Shown: one piece after another, positions 1 to 13,900 of the stretch
Position numbering within the stretch: position 1 is the first letter of the stretch
Layout of the letters: each line of letters opens with the position of its first letter
Origin: Patellaria atrata CBS 101060
Lineage: Eukaryota
Reading direction: 5' to 3'
Assembly: GCA_010093705.1 (NCBI GenBank)
Contig: MU006089.1
Location: 602,607-657,081 of the forward strand
Length of the DNA stretch: 54,475 nt
The notes under the pieces: generated by a model
What the model was told of the DNA's origin: nothing
What the model saw: the letters and a program-made list of their open reading frames with translations, nothing else
The model's database searches: none
Program-made: the position numbers and the translations under genes

Positions 1-609
1 GGGGAAAGGGGGAGGAGACACACCGTCGAGTAAGGGCAATCGGGGAGCCCAGTCGGGAAGCACGAGCTTGGTGTCGATGGAGCGGAGACCCCAGTAGAGC
101 AGGCTGATGAGGGTTTCCAGCGGCGCGCTGGTGACTGAGAGGGCGTTTTTGAGGAGGAAGACGCGGTGGGAGAGGGTTAGGTCGGCGAGGAGGCCGAGGA
201 GGAAGGTCGTGCTTGCTAGGGAGAGGCCGACAATGGTGAGGTATTGGAAGTGCCAGCCGTAGGAGGCGGTGATGGTGTTTGGGTGGTCTGCTAAGCTGGG
301 GATGTGAGAATTGGTCGGGGGGATATTGGCGGTTGGGGTTTTTGGGCGGGGGATTTTTATAATGGTTTTTGGGATAGTTTTTTATTTATTTCTTTCTGGT
401 CTTACTATTTGAATGAGGATGCGAAACTTATTAATCCGGTTAACTATAATGGTTGTTAGTATTGGGTTTTTGCGCTCTGTTTGATGCTAGATGGTGAGCA
501 TGCCACTTACATGTAGTAATGCTGATGGTCCTCGAGAAGGGGACTCAAAGCGTTGAAGTGGATGTCTGCGGAGCAATGTCTGCGCCGCAGGACTACTGTT
601 AGAAGCCAT
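1..609 (-). CDS. FAR-17a/AIG1-like (ADTRP family) integral membrane protein; 3' end runs off the window start
   Basis: ATG at 609. Spliced translation MASNSSPAAQTLLRRHPLQRFESPSRGPSALLH | LTGLISFASSFKY | LADHPNTITASYGWHFQYLTIVGLSLASTTFLLGLLAD...PLETLISLLYWGL. Introns start GTAAGT at 510 and GTAAGA near 405, the latter ending CAG at 296. The GWHFQYLT and LLYW motifs are typical of this family. Confidence 0.8.
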
Positions 610-2226
610 TATGGGGGGATGTGAATTTGGATAAACCGGAAGATTGAAAGAAACAAGAAATCTAGGGTATATAACACATCTATGGAGTGAGATTAGGTGC
701 TGGGAAAGTGAATGGAAATCAGATAAGATTGAAGCCATTAAGATGTGAGTATTTCGTCATGTGGGTATGCGGTATGGTGGAGTTGCTGGAGTACAGTAAT
801 CCAGTTCATGCTAACTGGAACTGGAGGTATTTGCTCACAAGTTCGACTCTGTACTGTTAAAAGTTAGTACTGTACAAAAGTAGGTATTTCTCCAAGACTC
901 TACTCCCTCCCGTCGGACGTGGTCCCGTAAAGCACGCGACATCCGTTGAGCTAACCGGTATCGTACTTGGGGAATTCCCCGCCATACTGTGCAGTAAAGT
1001 CCATATGGGATGTAGCAAAGGCTCCTTTAACAATAATATCACTCAACATCAGAACTTTATTATGATCAACAAGACATTTCGTGATCAGATGGATCAACGC
1101 TGTGCAACAATGATCTTACATACAGCAGCGTCCGCATTTCAACTCCATCTCAAACCCTTTTCAGTTGATGACAGCGGAGGCGGCTCACAGAAGTAATCCC
1201 ATATCCATGCCTCTCCTCGGCTGAGGCCCGCCCTTCCCAGTCTTCCACCCTGCCCACACCCGCTTCACAGGCATTATTGGCGCGGAGGGTCCGTTAAGCA
1301 ACGTACAAGCTCGTGTCTTGTGCACCCCTTTGAAATTTGAACCCTCGCTACTGAATCCCATCGGGGGATTGCTGAGAGCCTGAAAGCACTCAAAACCAAC
1401 ATTGCTCCGTATGGAAAGGCTTGGGGAACAGGGCACATTTCATTTGTAATGATCCTTCAACTGCAACCAGCGGGACTTGCGTGGCCTCCTCTTGCATAGG
1501 CCGTCTACGAGACCTTGAGAAAACACCAGGAGGACCTTGAACCCCCGAGTATACCCCCCGTACATCCCCCCACCAGTAACCCTCCAGAAGAGCTGGAGAG
1601 CTGGAATGGAGCGCCCGCGGCGTCCAGCTGGTTGCTTATCGGCCATATTGCAACCACTCAGATCTGCCTTGATACAACCGTCAGCAAATCATCTGTGCAG
1701 GGACGGCATTTACAGACGCAAGTTGCAGAGTCCGAACCTTACGGCCTACACGATCCATCTCTCCTCTCTCGCTTTCATGGCGTTACTGGCGTCCTGGCTG
1801 TACTGGCTGTACTGACCCTACAGAAGCCAAGCAGGACCCTCAGTCTTAACTTCCTTCTCTTTTCCCCTTGCGGCAGCTTGACCGCAAGATGTTACCTTAA
1901 CGACGTGTGGGCTACCTATGAAGGCTTCAGTCCGCTTGAGATGCTCTCCCATCCCCAAAAGTTGCCTGTCGTGCTTCAGGTTGTCTTAGACTTTTAATGC
2001 CATCGAATGCCAGCTCGACAAGCTCGTGCCCGCCCTCATTTCCGTCTTGTCCCCGCCGAGTTGCCTTACCCCTCTCCCGGATCCGGACTCTTGATCCTAC
2101 AGCCCTATTTCGAGAGTGTCAACGACCGGGTTCGGTGGTGAGCCTCCTGCTGTACCTACCTCCTGTAATCGACTTCCGACCATCTCAAAATCTCGTCGAT
2201 GCCGTCGCGCGCGCTCGTAGACCACA

Positions 2227-5040
2227 ATGCCCCGCCCAAAGAAGGAAGGAGCTGGCGAACCAAAGAAGAGAAGTCGTAATGGCTGCTGGTGAGTATATAG
2301 ATCCCCGCCACTGCTTAACAGCTGTACAAAAGCTTTCTGGATAAACGCGACTGACACTCCGTAAGGCCATGTAAAGGTCGAAAAGTCAAATGGTAATGCT
2401 CCGAAACCTTCAATACACTTTCATTGTTTATCTAGCATTACTAACTTTTTTTTTTCTTTAATAGCGGCGAAGAAAAACCGACGTGTTTGAACTGCGAGCG
2501 TCAAGGAGAAACATGCGACTACAGTATCAGGCTGAACTGGGGAGGGAGAACGAAGAAGAAACCAGAAGATCAGCTCGGAAGTGCTGGCGGCACGAAGAGT
2601 CTTCTAAACAGTCCTCATGAAGCAACATTTTCCTTCAATGAACCGTTACCAGACCCGCCAGCGATACCATCATACCCGCAGGTTCAAAATCAGACGTTTC
2701 CACCCCGTCCCGGTCTCCATGGAAGGTCGCTATCTAGCCCGGTATTTTCAAGCCAGGAACATTTTCATATCGATCCGGATTTGATGCGTCTCGGGCAGAA
2801 CAATGCACAACAGCCGTTTTCAGGATTTAGACAGGAAAATCAAAGTTTTCAGCCATCTCAGGGATTCCCCGACGCATTCCGCCATCAGAGTCTCAGCAGT
2901 CGACCTGCGAATCCGACCTCTGCACCTGTAGATACACGACTTCAGAATGTCCAGCATCGGGGTGTTCTGGACTACCCGTCTCCCGCAGAATCAAATATGG
3001 ACCGTGCAAATTTCGGGAACGGTGCCAGTAAATTAAGATCCTCCACTTCTCCAACTGCAATGCCACCCCCAAGAGCGCCCGGAACTGCGGAGTCTCCAGA
3101 TCGCGGTTTGACTCCCAGTGGAGAGTTCACCGTGCTCCCGGAACACCGTAGTAAGCGCCTCAGGTTGAGTCCCACCGACACTGGACCCCTAATGACCTCT
3201 ACGAATGGTTCCCATTTCCCAGAAGGTAATATGGATAAATTTGGAGGTGCATCGTTTTTGATGGAATCTTTCTTCGGTAGAGGTCCGTCCTTGAATCACA
3301 GCCCCTTACCGGGTCCTATGACGCCGGGCTCGTCCATTGCCTCAGATGAGCAAGCATCGAGACACACTCTCGCATCGTTAGGAAATTCTAAACATATATC
3401 TGCAGATGTCCGTCGGTTATCTGTTGTCTCGTTGCTTTCCAGTCCTACTAACGATCCTCACTTCGATGCTACTATTCCCACTAGACGACAATATCCAATA
3501 TCTGACAAGGGTGGTGCTACCATCTACGGTTACGACAATGGTCACTCTGATATGGATACACCGCAAAATGACGATCTGAATGCTATCACAGTTTTCAGCC
3601 CTGTTGCTTCTCATTCGGTTATGGTCGGCGAAACTCATCATGGCAACAATGAAGTAGATACTCATAGAACGAGAGATATTGCCTTCCAAGGAGACGGTTA
3701 TTACGCAAAGCCTGTACCTGTACGAATACCGAAGTCACTGGAACCTCTACCAGCTCGACTACTCGAAAAGCCCATGAACCTCTTATATTTCCATCACTTC
3801 CTGAATCATACGGCAAGAATTCTCGTACCTCATGATTGTGCTTCCAATCCCTTTAGAAGCACGTTCCCCTTGAGTAAGTCATCATAACCCCCCAACAACC
3901 GACCTCATGCTTATACATTCTTAGTGGCTGTTCAAGATGAGGATCTTCTACACCTTATGCTCGCGTATTCTGCCATTCACAGAGCACATCTTCTAGGTCA
4001 TCCGAAACCTTCAAACAGAATAGCCGTTTGGGTAGAGGAAGTATTCCCTAGGCTTCGTCAAGTTCTTGCTGGTAATCCGGACAAGATCACCAACGCTAAT
4101 CTCACAACGGCTATCATGCTTGCTTCATTGGAAATCATTTCTCCAAACGCTTTCGAAGTTTCTATATCTTGGCAGAATCATTTGACAATTGCACGACAGA
4201 TGATTCTAGCTCGTGGCGGACCCCTGGCGTTGAAAAGGTCGGATAAGAATTCCGCGTTCCTCGGCCGATGGTTTGCATATCTGGACGTTGTAGGACTGCT
4301 TAGCGGAAACAAACTTGATCCCACTCTTCATGCAGACTACTCATCAGAAGAAGCGTTTTCCGACGATGACTACCAAATTGACTGCCTGCTTGGATTTACA
4401 AATAGATGTGGTAAGATATTAGCAAAAGTTGGCCGACTGGTAAAGCTTTGTGAAAGTGCTCGTATCGACCAGCACGGCCACGTTCGCGAAGGTTGGACTC
4501 CACGACGTGATATCGCCGAAGTTGCAGAGAAGTTGCGGGCCGAATTGCAAAAAGGGAGAGAACGTGACTATAAAGGATGTACGCATGGGTCACCGAAAGA
4601 TAGTGAGGCCGAGGCTGCCTGGGATTCTCGTGAGATACATTCGACCAACGAAGCTTTCCATTGGGCCGGCCTCATCCACCTTGATCGACGAGTGCTAGGG
4701 AAGCAATCGGATGATCCAGAGGTTCAGGAAGCTGTACGCAAAATCGTTGCCGCTCTTTACAGAATTCGAGAAGGAAGTACTGCGGAGGCGTGTTTACTGT
4801 TCCCCATGTTCGCAGCTGGTTGTGATGCTATAGATCTGGCACAGAGGGAAAAGATCACAGCACGCCTGAAAGGCGTGGAAGGATTTGGTATGAACCAAGT
4901 GAGTGTCATCTCTGTTTGCTTGAATTGTCAGTTGGCTTACAATTGTTTTACAGATCGTCAAAGCGCGGACATTGCTACAGAAGGTATGGGAGACTGGCGA
5001 ATCGTGGGAAAGCTTGAGTTCTGAAGACTTCTTTGGTTAA
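2227..5040 (+). CDS. Zn(II)2Cys6 transcription factor with C-terminal fungal-specific TF domain (Fungal_trans_2 type)
   Basis: Removing introns 2289-2365 and 2393-2464 gives MPRPKKEGAGEPKKRSRNGCWPCKGRKVKCGEEKPTCLNCERQGETCDY, a complete six-Cys cluster. Two further introns (about 3874-3924 and 4899-4953) join the 466 aa and 366 aa ORFs. Last exon IVKARTLLQKVWETGESWESLSSEDFFG, stop TAA at 5040. Confidence 0.9.
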
Positions 5041-5598
5041 TTGTACATGATTCGTGTTCGATAGAATTCGGTATCCTTTCCCCTGTCGGGAGTGGTACTA
5101 TGTGGTTGCTGTACAGTTTGCTGTACGGAACCTGGGATACTACCAATTTTCGCCCTGTTCATCAGATCTCCTAGGAACTGTACAGGTAGTCAAGAGACTT
5201 TTTGATACCAGCATACCAAAAGGACAAAGTGGTACGATACGGGAAGGGATATCTTGTACGGTCTGTGACCGAACTGTCACTACAGCGATTGGCATTACAC
5301 GGAGGGGGATCAACATACAGGTTGGCGTCGGTGGGAGATGATATACTGTGAGATAGTGCGTGCATAGAGGTCTTTTGCTTTTCATTGTTCATTTTAAGGT
5401 TGTACCAAAATTTTCCAGATCTCCGTGTCACCATAAATCCCACAACGTGTAAAATATTTCTAGGAAAACATTCTCCCGCAACGCCAAGACTTCTTGCGTA
5501 CCTTACCTCAACCTCACCAGGCCGCTATCTCATCATCGGACATCCCCCATCACCCCATATCATCTCCACTCTACCCACTTATACAAAGCTCAGCAAAC

Positions 5599-6448
5599 AT
5601 GCCAATGCGGTGTACAGCCATCCTCCCCTTCCGCACCTCCACCTCCACCGTCGCCTCCCGCTTCCAATCCCTCTCGACTAGCAGCATGAGGAGCTTCACC
5701 GCAGCCACAGCATCATCGAGAATATCTAACGCAACAAGCCCCCGAGTGCGCTCCTCCACAGCATCCCTCGCCAACCCGACCATCAGGCCCTCACCAGAGC
5801 TCTTCCGTGTCCCAAAAACCCCCCCACAATCCCGCACCCTCACAACCACAGCGCCCCCTCCTTCCTCATCAGCAGCCAACGCTTCCTCAACACTGACCTG
5901 GAACCGCTTCCTCGCGCTCCGCCGCACGCGCCGCCGCATCTCGCTCTTCGCCTCCGTCATCGCGGCCCTCGGCACCACGGCTGCCGGCGCCGTCTTCATC
6001 TCGACCCGCGACCTCGACGCCGTGGGATCGCAGGTCCTAGGCCTAGACCAGGTCATCGTGCTGGGCTTGGGGACGATCGCGAGTGGAGCGCTCGGATGGC
6101 TCGTCGGGCCGTTTATCGGGGGCGCCGTGTTTGGGATGGTTTTTAGAGGTGTGAGGGGGGAGATGGGGGTGGTGGGTTGAATCTTTGCCTTCTCTTTTCC
6201 TGCCTGCTTTTGTTTGGGGTAGTGTATGGAGATGAAGCTAATGTGTGTTTGCTTTATAGAAGGAACGCGAATTCTTCGCCCGCATCAAGAAATACCGCGT
6301 CGATCCTTCCTCGTCCTCCATCGCGAACCCGGTCCCGGATTACTATGGCGAGAAGATCGGGAGCGTGGCAGATTATAGACGGTGGTTGAAGGATCAGAGG
6401 GCATTTAATTTGAAGAGGGCGCCGTCGGGGGCGAGTAAGCGGGGTTGA
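5599..6448 (+). CDS. PAM17: Mitochondrial presequence translocase-associated motor subunit Pam17
   Basis: Arg/Ser-rich presequence, LTWNRFLALRRTRRR, two hydrophobic segments (GALGWLVGPF). After an intron (about 6172-6259) the second exon reads KEREFFARIKKYRVDPSSSSIANPVPDYYGEKIGSVADYRRWLKDQRAFNLK, the Pam17 signature. Confidence 0.92.
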
Positions 6449-6480
6449 ACCGAACGATTGAGGGAGGGGGCCGGGGGAAA

Positions 6481-6520
<40 letters not shown>
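6481..6520 (+). repeat. 40-nt poly-G tract in the PAM17 3' region
   Basis: Uninterrupted run of G from 6481 to 6520. Confidence 0.9.
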
Positions 6521-6522
<2 letters not shown>

Positions 6523-7078
6523 GCGCGGGGATTGGTGATGCAGGGTGTGGTCTATGTGTTGCATTAATGGGGATACGAGGAGAGAAGGCAAGAACACCCT
6601 GTGAGTTGGGGGTTCATGTGGATTCCAAAATCCCATGGGGAAATAACATCATCGGCGTAATTGGCTTATCGGTTTTACATATCACCTGTCTCTTTTGTGC
6701 TGTGGTGAAGTTTCATCTCGTGTATAACATTTGATTCTCGTCGTGGTTGGGACATCTCCATTCGACACTTTTGTGGTAAAAGGGCGTGAGGAAGAAATAT
6801 GATGTTTTGTTGAGTAAGCTATCTTAGTGTACATGCTCCCCTCCATATGAACTTTTTGATGCCGCCTCGCTAGATGGTGATAGGGGGTTCCCACTCCGCA
6901 AAAAGGGAGAAGGAGAAAGAAACGGGGAAGGGTAATGGGAAAAGGGAATACCGAGTAGATGAACCCGGAACCGGAAACTGAAACTAAGCCGGAGAAAGGA
7001 AAGAAAGCAGAGGAACCCATCCCCCATGCCCCCTAATAAAAACCCAACCAACCCGTCCAAGTCCCCCCGCAAATCAAC

Positions 7079-9753
7079 TCAATAAAAATCACACAAATCC
7101 CCCACCTCCGCATTCCCAGTCTCGCATCCCGCCCCCACAGAATCCCGATCCATATATCCCCCATACCGACCCCGGGGCCGAGAAGCCAGTGGAGTCCTGC
7201 CATCATATTCGTCCTCGTCCCCCTCATCGTCATTATCGTTGGAGTTGGGGAGATAGAGATCCAGTTCCAGCTCTCCCTCTTCGCGCGGGGATTTCGGCGG
7301 AGTCGGCGGAGTCAGGGGGGGTGTGTCCGGTTTGAGGAGGGGGGAGGGAGTGCGTCGTGTGCGGTCGGCGTTGGGAGGGGAGGAGTCGTTTTGGGGGGAC
7401 TGGGGGGAGTTGGGAAGGGGAGCTGGGATTGGGGATGATGGGGGTTGTGTGGTCGGGTTTGGTTGCGTGTGTGTGTCGAAGGTGCTGGGTTCGATGGTGG
7501 GCACCGCGGGGGTTGGTGCTGCGTGCCAGTTGGTGAAGATTGGGGTGGGTTCGCCGTCTTGGGCTGTAGGTGGGTGGGGTACGGGCTTATTTTGATCTAC
7601 GGCGGCTAGAGAGGGGAGCTTGATGGTTGCTTGGGATGGAGTGATGGCGAGGTCGTCGCGAACTGTCGTGGCTGTTTTGAATGTGTCGTAGTCCGCTTTG
7701 GGCATTGGCGTGGTATCCTGAAATGCAGTTACTGGAAGGGACAGGTGTGGTTCTTGAACAGATCCCGAAGGTGGTGTTGGAATAACCTTCAGTTCGAGTC
7801 CCGGGGGAGGAGATTTGGGCTTTTGACTCTCGTTCGATGATAAATCTACACACTCTTCGATGTCTATGAGGTCATCTGAAGCGATAGACAATTGCTCGAT
7901 GAGATCATCCTCTTCGTCGATTTTGGCCTCCTTCTCAACGAAGACTGATCTTAATCTGAGCGATCCTCCATTCCCAGGGGCGGGGATGTCACAGGGATCA
8001 GGTAAGAATTCGGCGCGGCAGCCGGCGAATGGTCTGTAGGAGATTATCTTGCCATACGCTCGACCGGCCATGTTGACGTCCTGAAAGACAATGGTGAAGC
8101 TGTTGTGTCCGCTTGCGGTGATACTCTCGATCCGATCACGGCGGAGGTAAGGGTTGAGATTCATCATCAGCCTCAACTGGATCTTCGACGTACCGGGACG
8201 CAGATTATTCACTCGCATGCAGCGAGTGTGACGGTACTTGGTGATTGCTGTCTTTAGGGGATCGGGGACTGGCCAGGTAGGGTAGGGGACGAGGTAGACT
8301 CGCACCTGTTTGCCCGATATGAATAAGGGATACTTCCTTACCAATGTGCTATATCCGCGAGCAGCCGCTTCCCGAAAGAAGACAACCATGACAGTCAAGC
8401 TTTCCGTGATAGAGGAGGTATCTAGTAACTCGCACGAGATGAGGAGTCCTCCACGAACTTTTTCCATGACGGTCGAGAGCGCAGTGCCGAGAGGGATTCC
8501 ATCGATAATGATGGTTCGATAGACTTCTCGATCGAAGGAACGAGGAGAGAAAGCTAATCCATACTTGAAAAAGTCCGGATATTGGGATTCGGAGTAGCCA
8601 GCACTTTGGGCATGTTCCCAAGCAGCTGCCTCCAACTCTCCAGTAGACTTGAAGAGGTCACTAGAAGCCTTAGTTGAATGAGAGCCAGTGTTTGTACGGG
8701 GATCATATAGGGCTGGAGAGTTGATACTCCTGACATTAGCCGTCTTTGGTTCCAGCATGCCATTGTCTGCATGCTCATGTGCTCTGCTTCGGTCCACATT
8801 TGCTGTATGCATGCATGCTGCTGCCGGCAAGTTTAAGATCTTACTCCTGAGATCTCGTGTCTCTAATGGATTCGGGTGGGATATCTTCATGCACATAAGT
8901 TACTCTATTCGTAATTGCAACGAATGACATACCTTACCTCATTGTCTTGTCCTTCTGCCTGAGTCAACTCAATCCGTGGGACCAGGGCGCCGTGCCGAAT
9001 GAGACTGCTCCTAGAGTACTTGGCGCCGACGTTATGAGATGTAATGTTCCGAACTGCGTGCGGATTCTCCTCATTGGACAAAGGTAAATTTGTTGAATGC
9101 GGATTTGTCGAAGGCAGATTTGTCGAAGGCATATTTGTCGAAGGCATATTTGCTTGAACCGAAGATTCCTCCACAACGGTAGTACCAGAATCTTTACGAG
9201 AGGGATTTAGCGGGAAGTACTCCGTCTGTTGGTCCGTAGAAGCATTTGCAGCATCCCAAACTGCACTGTTCTTGTCTGTCCCTTGCCGCGCTGGTCTTCC
9301 GCTCGAAGTCGAACAATTGGACGAGTGGTGAGGTGAGATGTTAGCCCATACCAGTGGGATTCCCCTGTTACGAAACAACTGAATTTGCCTTAGGCGTTCC
9401 TTATACCGGCGATTGGAATGCCTCTCACTTCTCAGTGCAACCTTCAACTTTTCTATTTCACTTTCCAACTTCTGGATCTTTTTCGTCTCCCCCGCCGCTT
9501 CTGCCACGCTTGAGCCTTGGGATAATGCTAATTGCTGAAGTAAGTAAGACCTAACATTACCGTCGATTTGTTCTCGCGTGTTCAGGTGCTGCAGTTGCGT
9601 CGTGAGAACGCCGAGTTGATATTCGAGGGACTGGCCCGGCTGAGGACCTGCACATGGTTGATAGCACTGTGGAGCAGGATTGCCGAAATTGAATCCCGGA
9701 CCGGGAAAGCCATGGAGGTATCCTTGTTGTGTGTAAGCAGGATGCTGGTTCAT
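7079..9753 (-). CDS. Hypothetical protein with Q/G/P-rich N-terminus, coiled coil, two divergent RRM-like domains and Pro-rich tail
   Basis: The 282 aa and 605 aa ORFs join in phase 0 through a 53-nt intron 8937-8885 (GTAAGG...AAG). Segments YRTIIIDGIP...KVRGGLL...VVFFREAAARGY and TRCMRVNNL...FTIVFQDVNMAGRAY...AEFLPDPCD look like fungal RRM-like folds (by inspection only). Confidence 0.65.
9081..9152 (-). repeat. 15-bp coding tandem repeat (about 4.5 copies) encoding N[ML]PST units
   Basis: Plus-strand units ATTTGTTGAATGCGG / ATTTGTCGAAGGCAG / ATTTGTCGAAGGCAT / ATTTGTCGAAGGCAT; protein NMPSTNMPSTNLPSTNPHSTNLP. Confidence 0.9.
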
Positions 9754-10915
9754 CGTGATGTTGCCGTGCTCATCGACTGAATATAACCTTAAGCTACGGC
9801 TCTGTAAATAAAGCTTAATATGAGAAGAGCGTCGAGCTACGCGCGGGAGTGGGAGTAAGGCTAACAGAAGGAGAGAGTGTGTGGTAGTACTGTCTACGAG
9901 GAAGAGTAACGGGTTCAGCGAAGACTATCTGATCCCCTTTAACTCATTTCACGTTGTATGAGAGTGGAGTACATTCGGTATGAAAGAAGTTGGAAGCTTA
10001 CGGGGAGTTTACTCGGTGCCGGACGGTCCGGTTTTTGCTCTTTTCTAGATATGTTAGCTGTCAACTTCAGTAGTGTAAAGAGTGAGTAGATGAGATCAAG
10101 GCGACCATGTAGAAAAGACTGAGGATTCCTTACAGTTTATATGCTGATCAGCTAGAAAACGGAGGTTCTTCCTGGTGACTACGGACGTTTGAGTAAAGTA
10201 GAGCTCTTATAGGACGTCTGAATTACCTCTGAGCGAGTAAATGTAGATTACAAACGGGGTGTTTCGCTGAGCATACTCACCGCAAACGAGGATCCGCAGA
10301 ACCCACGCATAATTGCGGGTAGGCAGATAGCTCGTGAATGATTTATGTAAATCGGTGAGGCCTAAGATGTGATTTTACGATAAAAAAATGAGCATATGAA
10401 TGAATCACAAGACAAATGTCGAGCTTGGTAGATGAGAGAATTCGATTCTTTTAGACCGACCCTAAACAACATTAAATAACCTCCCGCTCCTCCTAAAATT
10501 GCGGGTATCTAGTTTACAGCTTAGCAGATGTAGTAGAACAACTTTGGACTATAGAGTGGAATGGGCCAATCAACCCATTTTGTCGAAGGCGAATACAAAC
10601 CGAAATGAGAATGGGGTCTAAGAAAGAAAATAGGAGTATTAGAAAGGCTTGAAGAAAATCCATCCGATGCAATACCTGACCCAAACGGGTACCCAAGGAT
10701 TCCCGCTGATCGCCTTCTATCATCACTGAATTTTATACAGCTGGGCAACGCCATCCCAGTCCGTATCCCAGAGCATGCCGATAGTAGCTATAACCCTCTT
10801 TAACTCCGAGTAAAAGCGCTAAGATGAACAAAATGCATCCATTGTGTGGAAGTCAACAAAGGAAAGAAACTCATGCGCGTGAATAATGCGTAAACGTCGT
10901 TTCCGGTGGCGTGCG

Positions 10916-13900
10916 TTAATCATCAGAGATTATTCTCGCAAAATGCTTCTCCCAAATCCATCCTATCTGACCAGAAGAATCATCTTGGTTCTTAGCAAGC
11001 CAGAGTTCGCCTTTTTGGGCGATGACATCAAAGACCTATATTGGGAGATAATTAGATCTGATTTTATGAGATATTTCAAGGAAGTCTTACCTCTCCAGGA
11101 ACATAGCGTAAATACGGAAATCCTGCTTCTCTACGGTCGTGGGCAATATTGAACTCGAAAAGACTTGCAGCAAGAAACAAAACTTTGACTACTTCCTGTC
11201 CAGTTTCGGGAGTAGCAGGACGGGTTGTGGGAGTTTCTGACATCGGCATTGCAGATGAGAATAAAACAGATCCTCTAGGTGCAGAAGATGAGGACATACG
11301 ATGTCCGGCGTGGGAGGGGACGAGATCGTACGTTGTGTTCGGACGTGGCTCAAGGGTGTTTTCCAAGCTCAACCTTGGGAAAGGAACCTGGGGCTCTGTC
11401 CGCGTTGAACTGGTTGATGGTCTCAGAGGGAAATATGAAGTTGACGGGGTATTTGCGGATTTTGGCGTTGCAACACCACGGCTCGAGACCCCTGAGTTAG
11501 CTCTCACTCTACCGGCTGGTGAAGATTGTCCAAGGATATCTCCGGGCGGAGATGCGACATCAAAAGGTGAATAAACAAAATTACCACTGTGTCGTTGGCC
11601 ACCTTCAGGAGCGGCATAGAAAGGTAGCTGGTCACTATTCATTGAGTTCACCCTACTCGAACCAGTCATCGTCGAAGGTCTCTTGAGAGAAGATCCATCC
11701 GTAATGAAAGTGGGGGAAGCCATCTGATAAAATTTCTCGAGCTGCGAACGATTGCATATGGAGAGATTTTGAACGTCATTTTCGATGATTTGGAAGTCCG
11801 CTTTGAAATCGGCTATGATATCCGACTTTTCATGGGACAGACGTCTATCCGAAAGCTGCTCTTGCATCATTGCTTTGATCTTCATTTCCCATGTCTTGTG
11901 CCAATTGGATTGAATTTGTATGAATATACGCATGCAGTTTTCTACTAGCTCCTTACTTAGTTTATATAAAGCAGGCAGCTCGATTTTAAGAGCCTCGTTC
12001 AGCGCTACGTAAACTTCTCCAGCATCTTTGATCTTCGCTGGGACTGATTCTCCGCGCTCTTTCAAGGTCTTAAGTTTACTGTAATCTGCTAGTCGCTTCT
12101 TCCTCTTGTTCATGAGTTTCTGAGGGCCTCCGTTATAGATTTTCCAAAGAACGCCAATAGGTTCAACGACTGATTTGCGTATGGCGGCCTTATGTTCAGG
12201 TAGTGAAGTCGCGGTGAGTTCTTGGATAGTCCTTGCGAATCTAATCCATCTGCTTGCCTTTTCTGGATCACTACCTTCGCTTACGTTAAGCCAGTCTTGA
12301 AAGCCGACCATAAGCTCATTACAACGATCGACGTGAATCTGTACCTCTTCCATGTATTTTTCGACATCCCGCATAACAACCTGCAACTCGAAGGCGTGTT
12401 TTCCAAATTCTTGAGCATGTTTAATATACTCTGTGTCTTCAACAAACTCGGTCAGTCCGACCTGTTGCCGCAGCTTTTCAGTTCTCCTGCCGAAAGCTTT
12501 GGCAAGTCCGGAAGGGACTTTTGTGTCTGATTCCTTCCGCTTGCGATTTGGGTTCATGACAGAGTCGAGCACCTCAGCACGTTTCTTACTATCGTTTATA
12601 TCTTGAAGTACTTGCATAGTCTGCTGGACGGCGAGTTCGATGGCGGCATAATCCGGATGATCCTTGGCTGTATTCATTTGCAAATCCTTGAGGAGCAAAG
12701 GGTACTTGCTGAGCCTCTGTGTGGGTTTTACCAATAGTGCATCAAGATTCCAAGCAAAAGTTATGTCCTTCGCCCAGTGTTGACACTCACCAAGCCAAAT
12801 TTTGACTGCAGGTCGTTCTTGAATAAGTTTCAGGCGATCGCTTGCAGCTAGTTGATTTTTGATGTAGTCACCGTATACCTTATTCATCTGAGGTATGTGC
12901 TTAGCGAAAACCTCACCGATGGTTGTTTGACGGTCAAGTTGCTCATCTACAATATCAGTGCCAGATGAGACTGACTGTTCTGTCGTAGCACTGTGTGAAG
13001 TTGAGACGCTGTTCCGCTTCACGCCAAATCTACTCGACTTCGGTAAAGTGTATATGCTCGATGCAGCTTGCTTCAATGCATGAAGAAACTCTTGCGAGAA
13101 CTTCTGAACCTCGTCTGCGTTTCCGAAAAGCACTTTGCGGTCTTCCGGTTTCATTTCCTCAATATCGACACACGTGGGCATATATATGTCTTGGACCACC
13201 TTCATATCCTGATTAAAAGTATGCTCCGTGAACACGAGTTCACCTATAATCTTCTGGCGTTTCGATAACCGCTTATGTTCATCCGATTGTTGCGTTAAGG
13301 ACAGATCTTGATCTGACTTTTGAGCAAGCGACGAATTAGGGCGAGAGATTTGAGAATCTCGAGCCGCAGGACTAAGACTGCGAGATTGTGAATTCCGGGT
13401 TAGGGTCATAGACTGAGACCATGAGGGAGGAATCTCGGGCACCGGTGGCTGAAGTTCACTGGAGCGCGGATTATGGCTGTATACACTAGGAGACGGAGGC
13501 GAGCGAACGTCCTGTAAGTCACGACCAACGATAGTATCTGAGTGCGAAAGTGACGGCAGGGGAGGTGGAGAAGAGGCTGGAAAAGGAGGTTGTGAGGGTA
13601 TCGCGGGATCTAGAGCTATAGGTTCCCCTATGTCCAATCCGAGTCCTTCGCCTGTGCCACGAATTTCTGGTAAAAGAGATTGATTTCCAGTGCTCATCCT
13701 CGCAGCCCATCCAGTGGGACTCTGTGAATTTCTATCAACGGGTCTTTCGACATCGAGAGCATGCCAATCTTTCGGAGGAGGGGTGGGCGGAGCTGCACGG
13801 TACTGGCTTTGGTCTTGCTGATTTGAGTAGGGATCTGTCATTGAATCGGTACTGATTCTGCGACCGTAATACTCAGGCTGTCCGTAAATGATTGCTGTAC

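Noticed and set aside
9081..9152. CRISPR-like array
   Set aside because: Head-to-tail 15-bp coding repeats with no spacers, in a eukaryotic gene.
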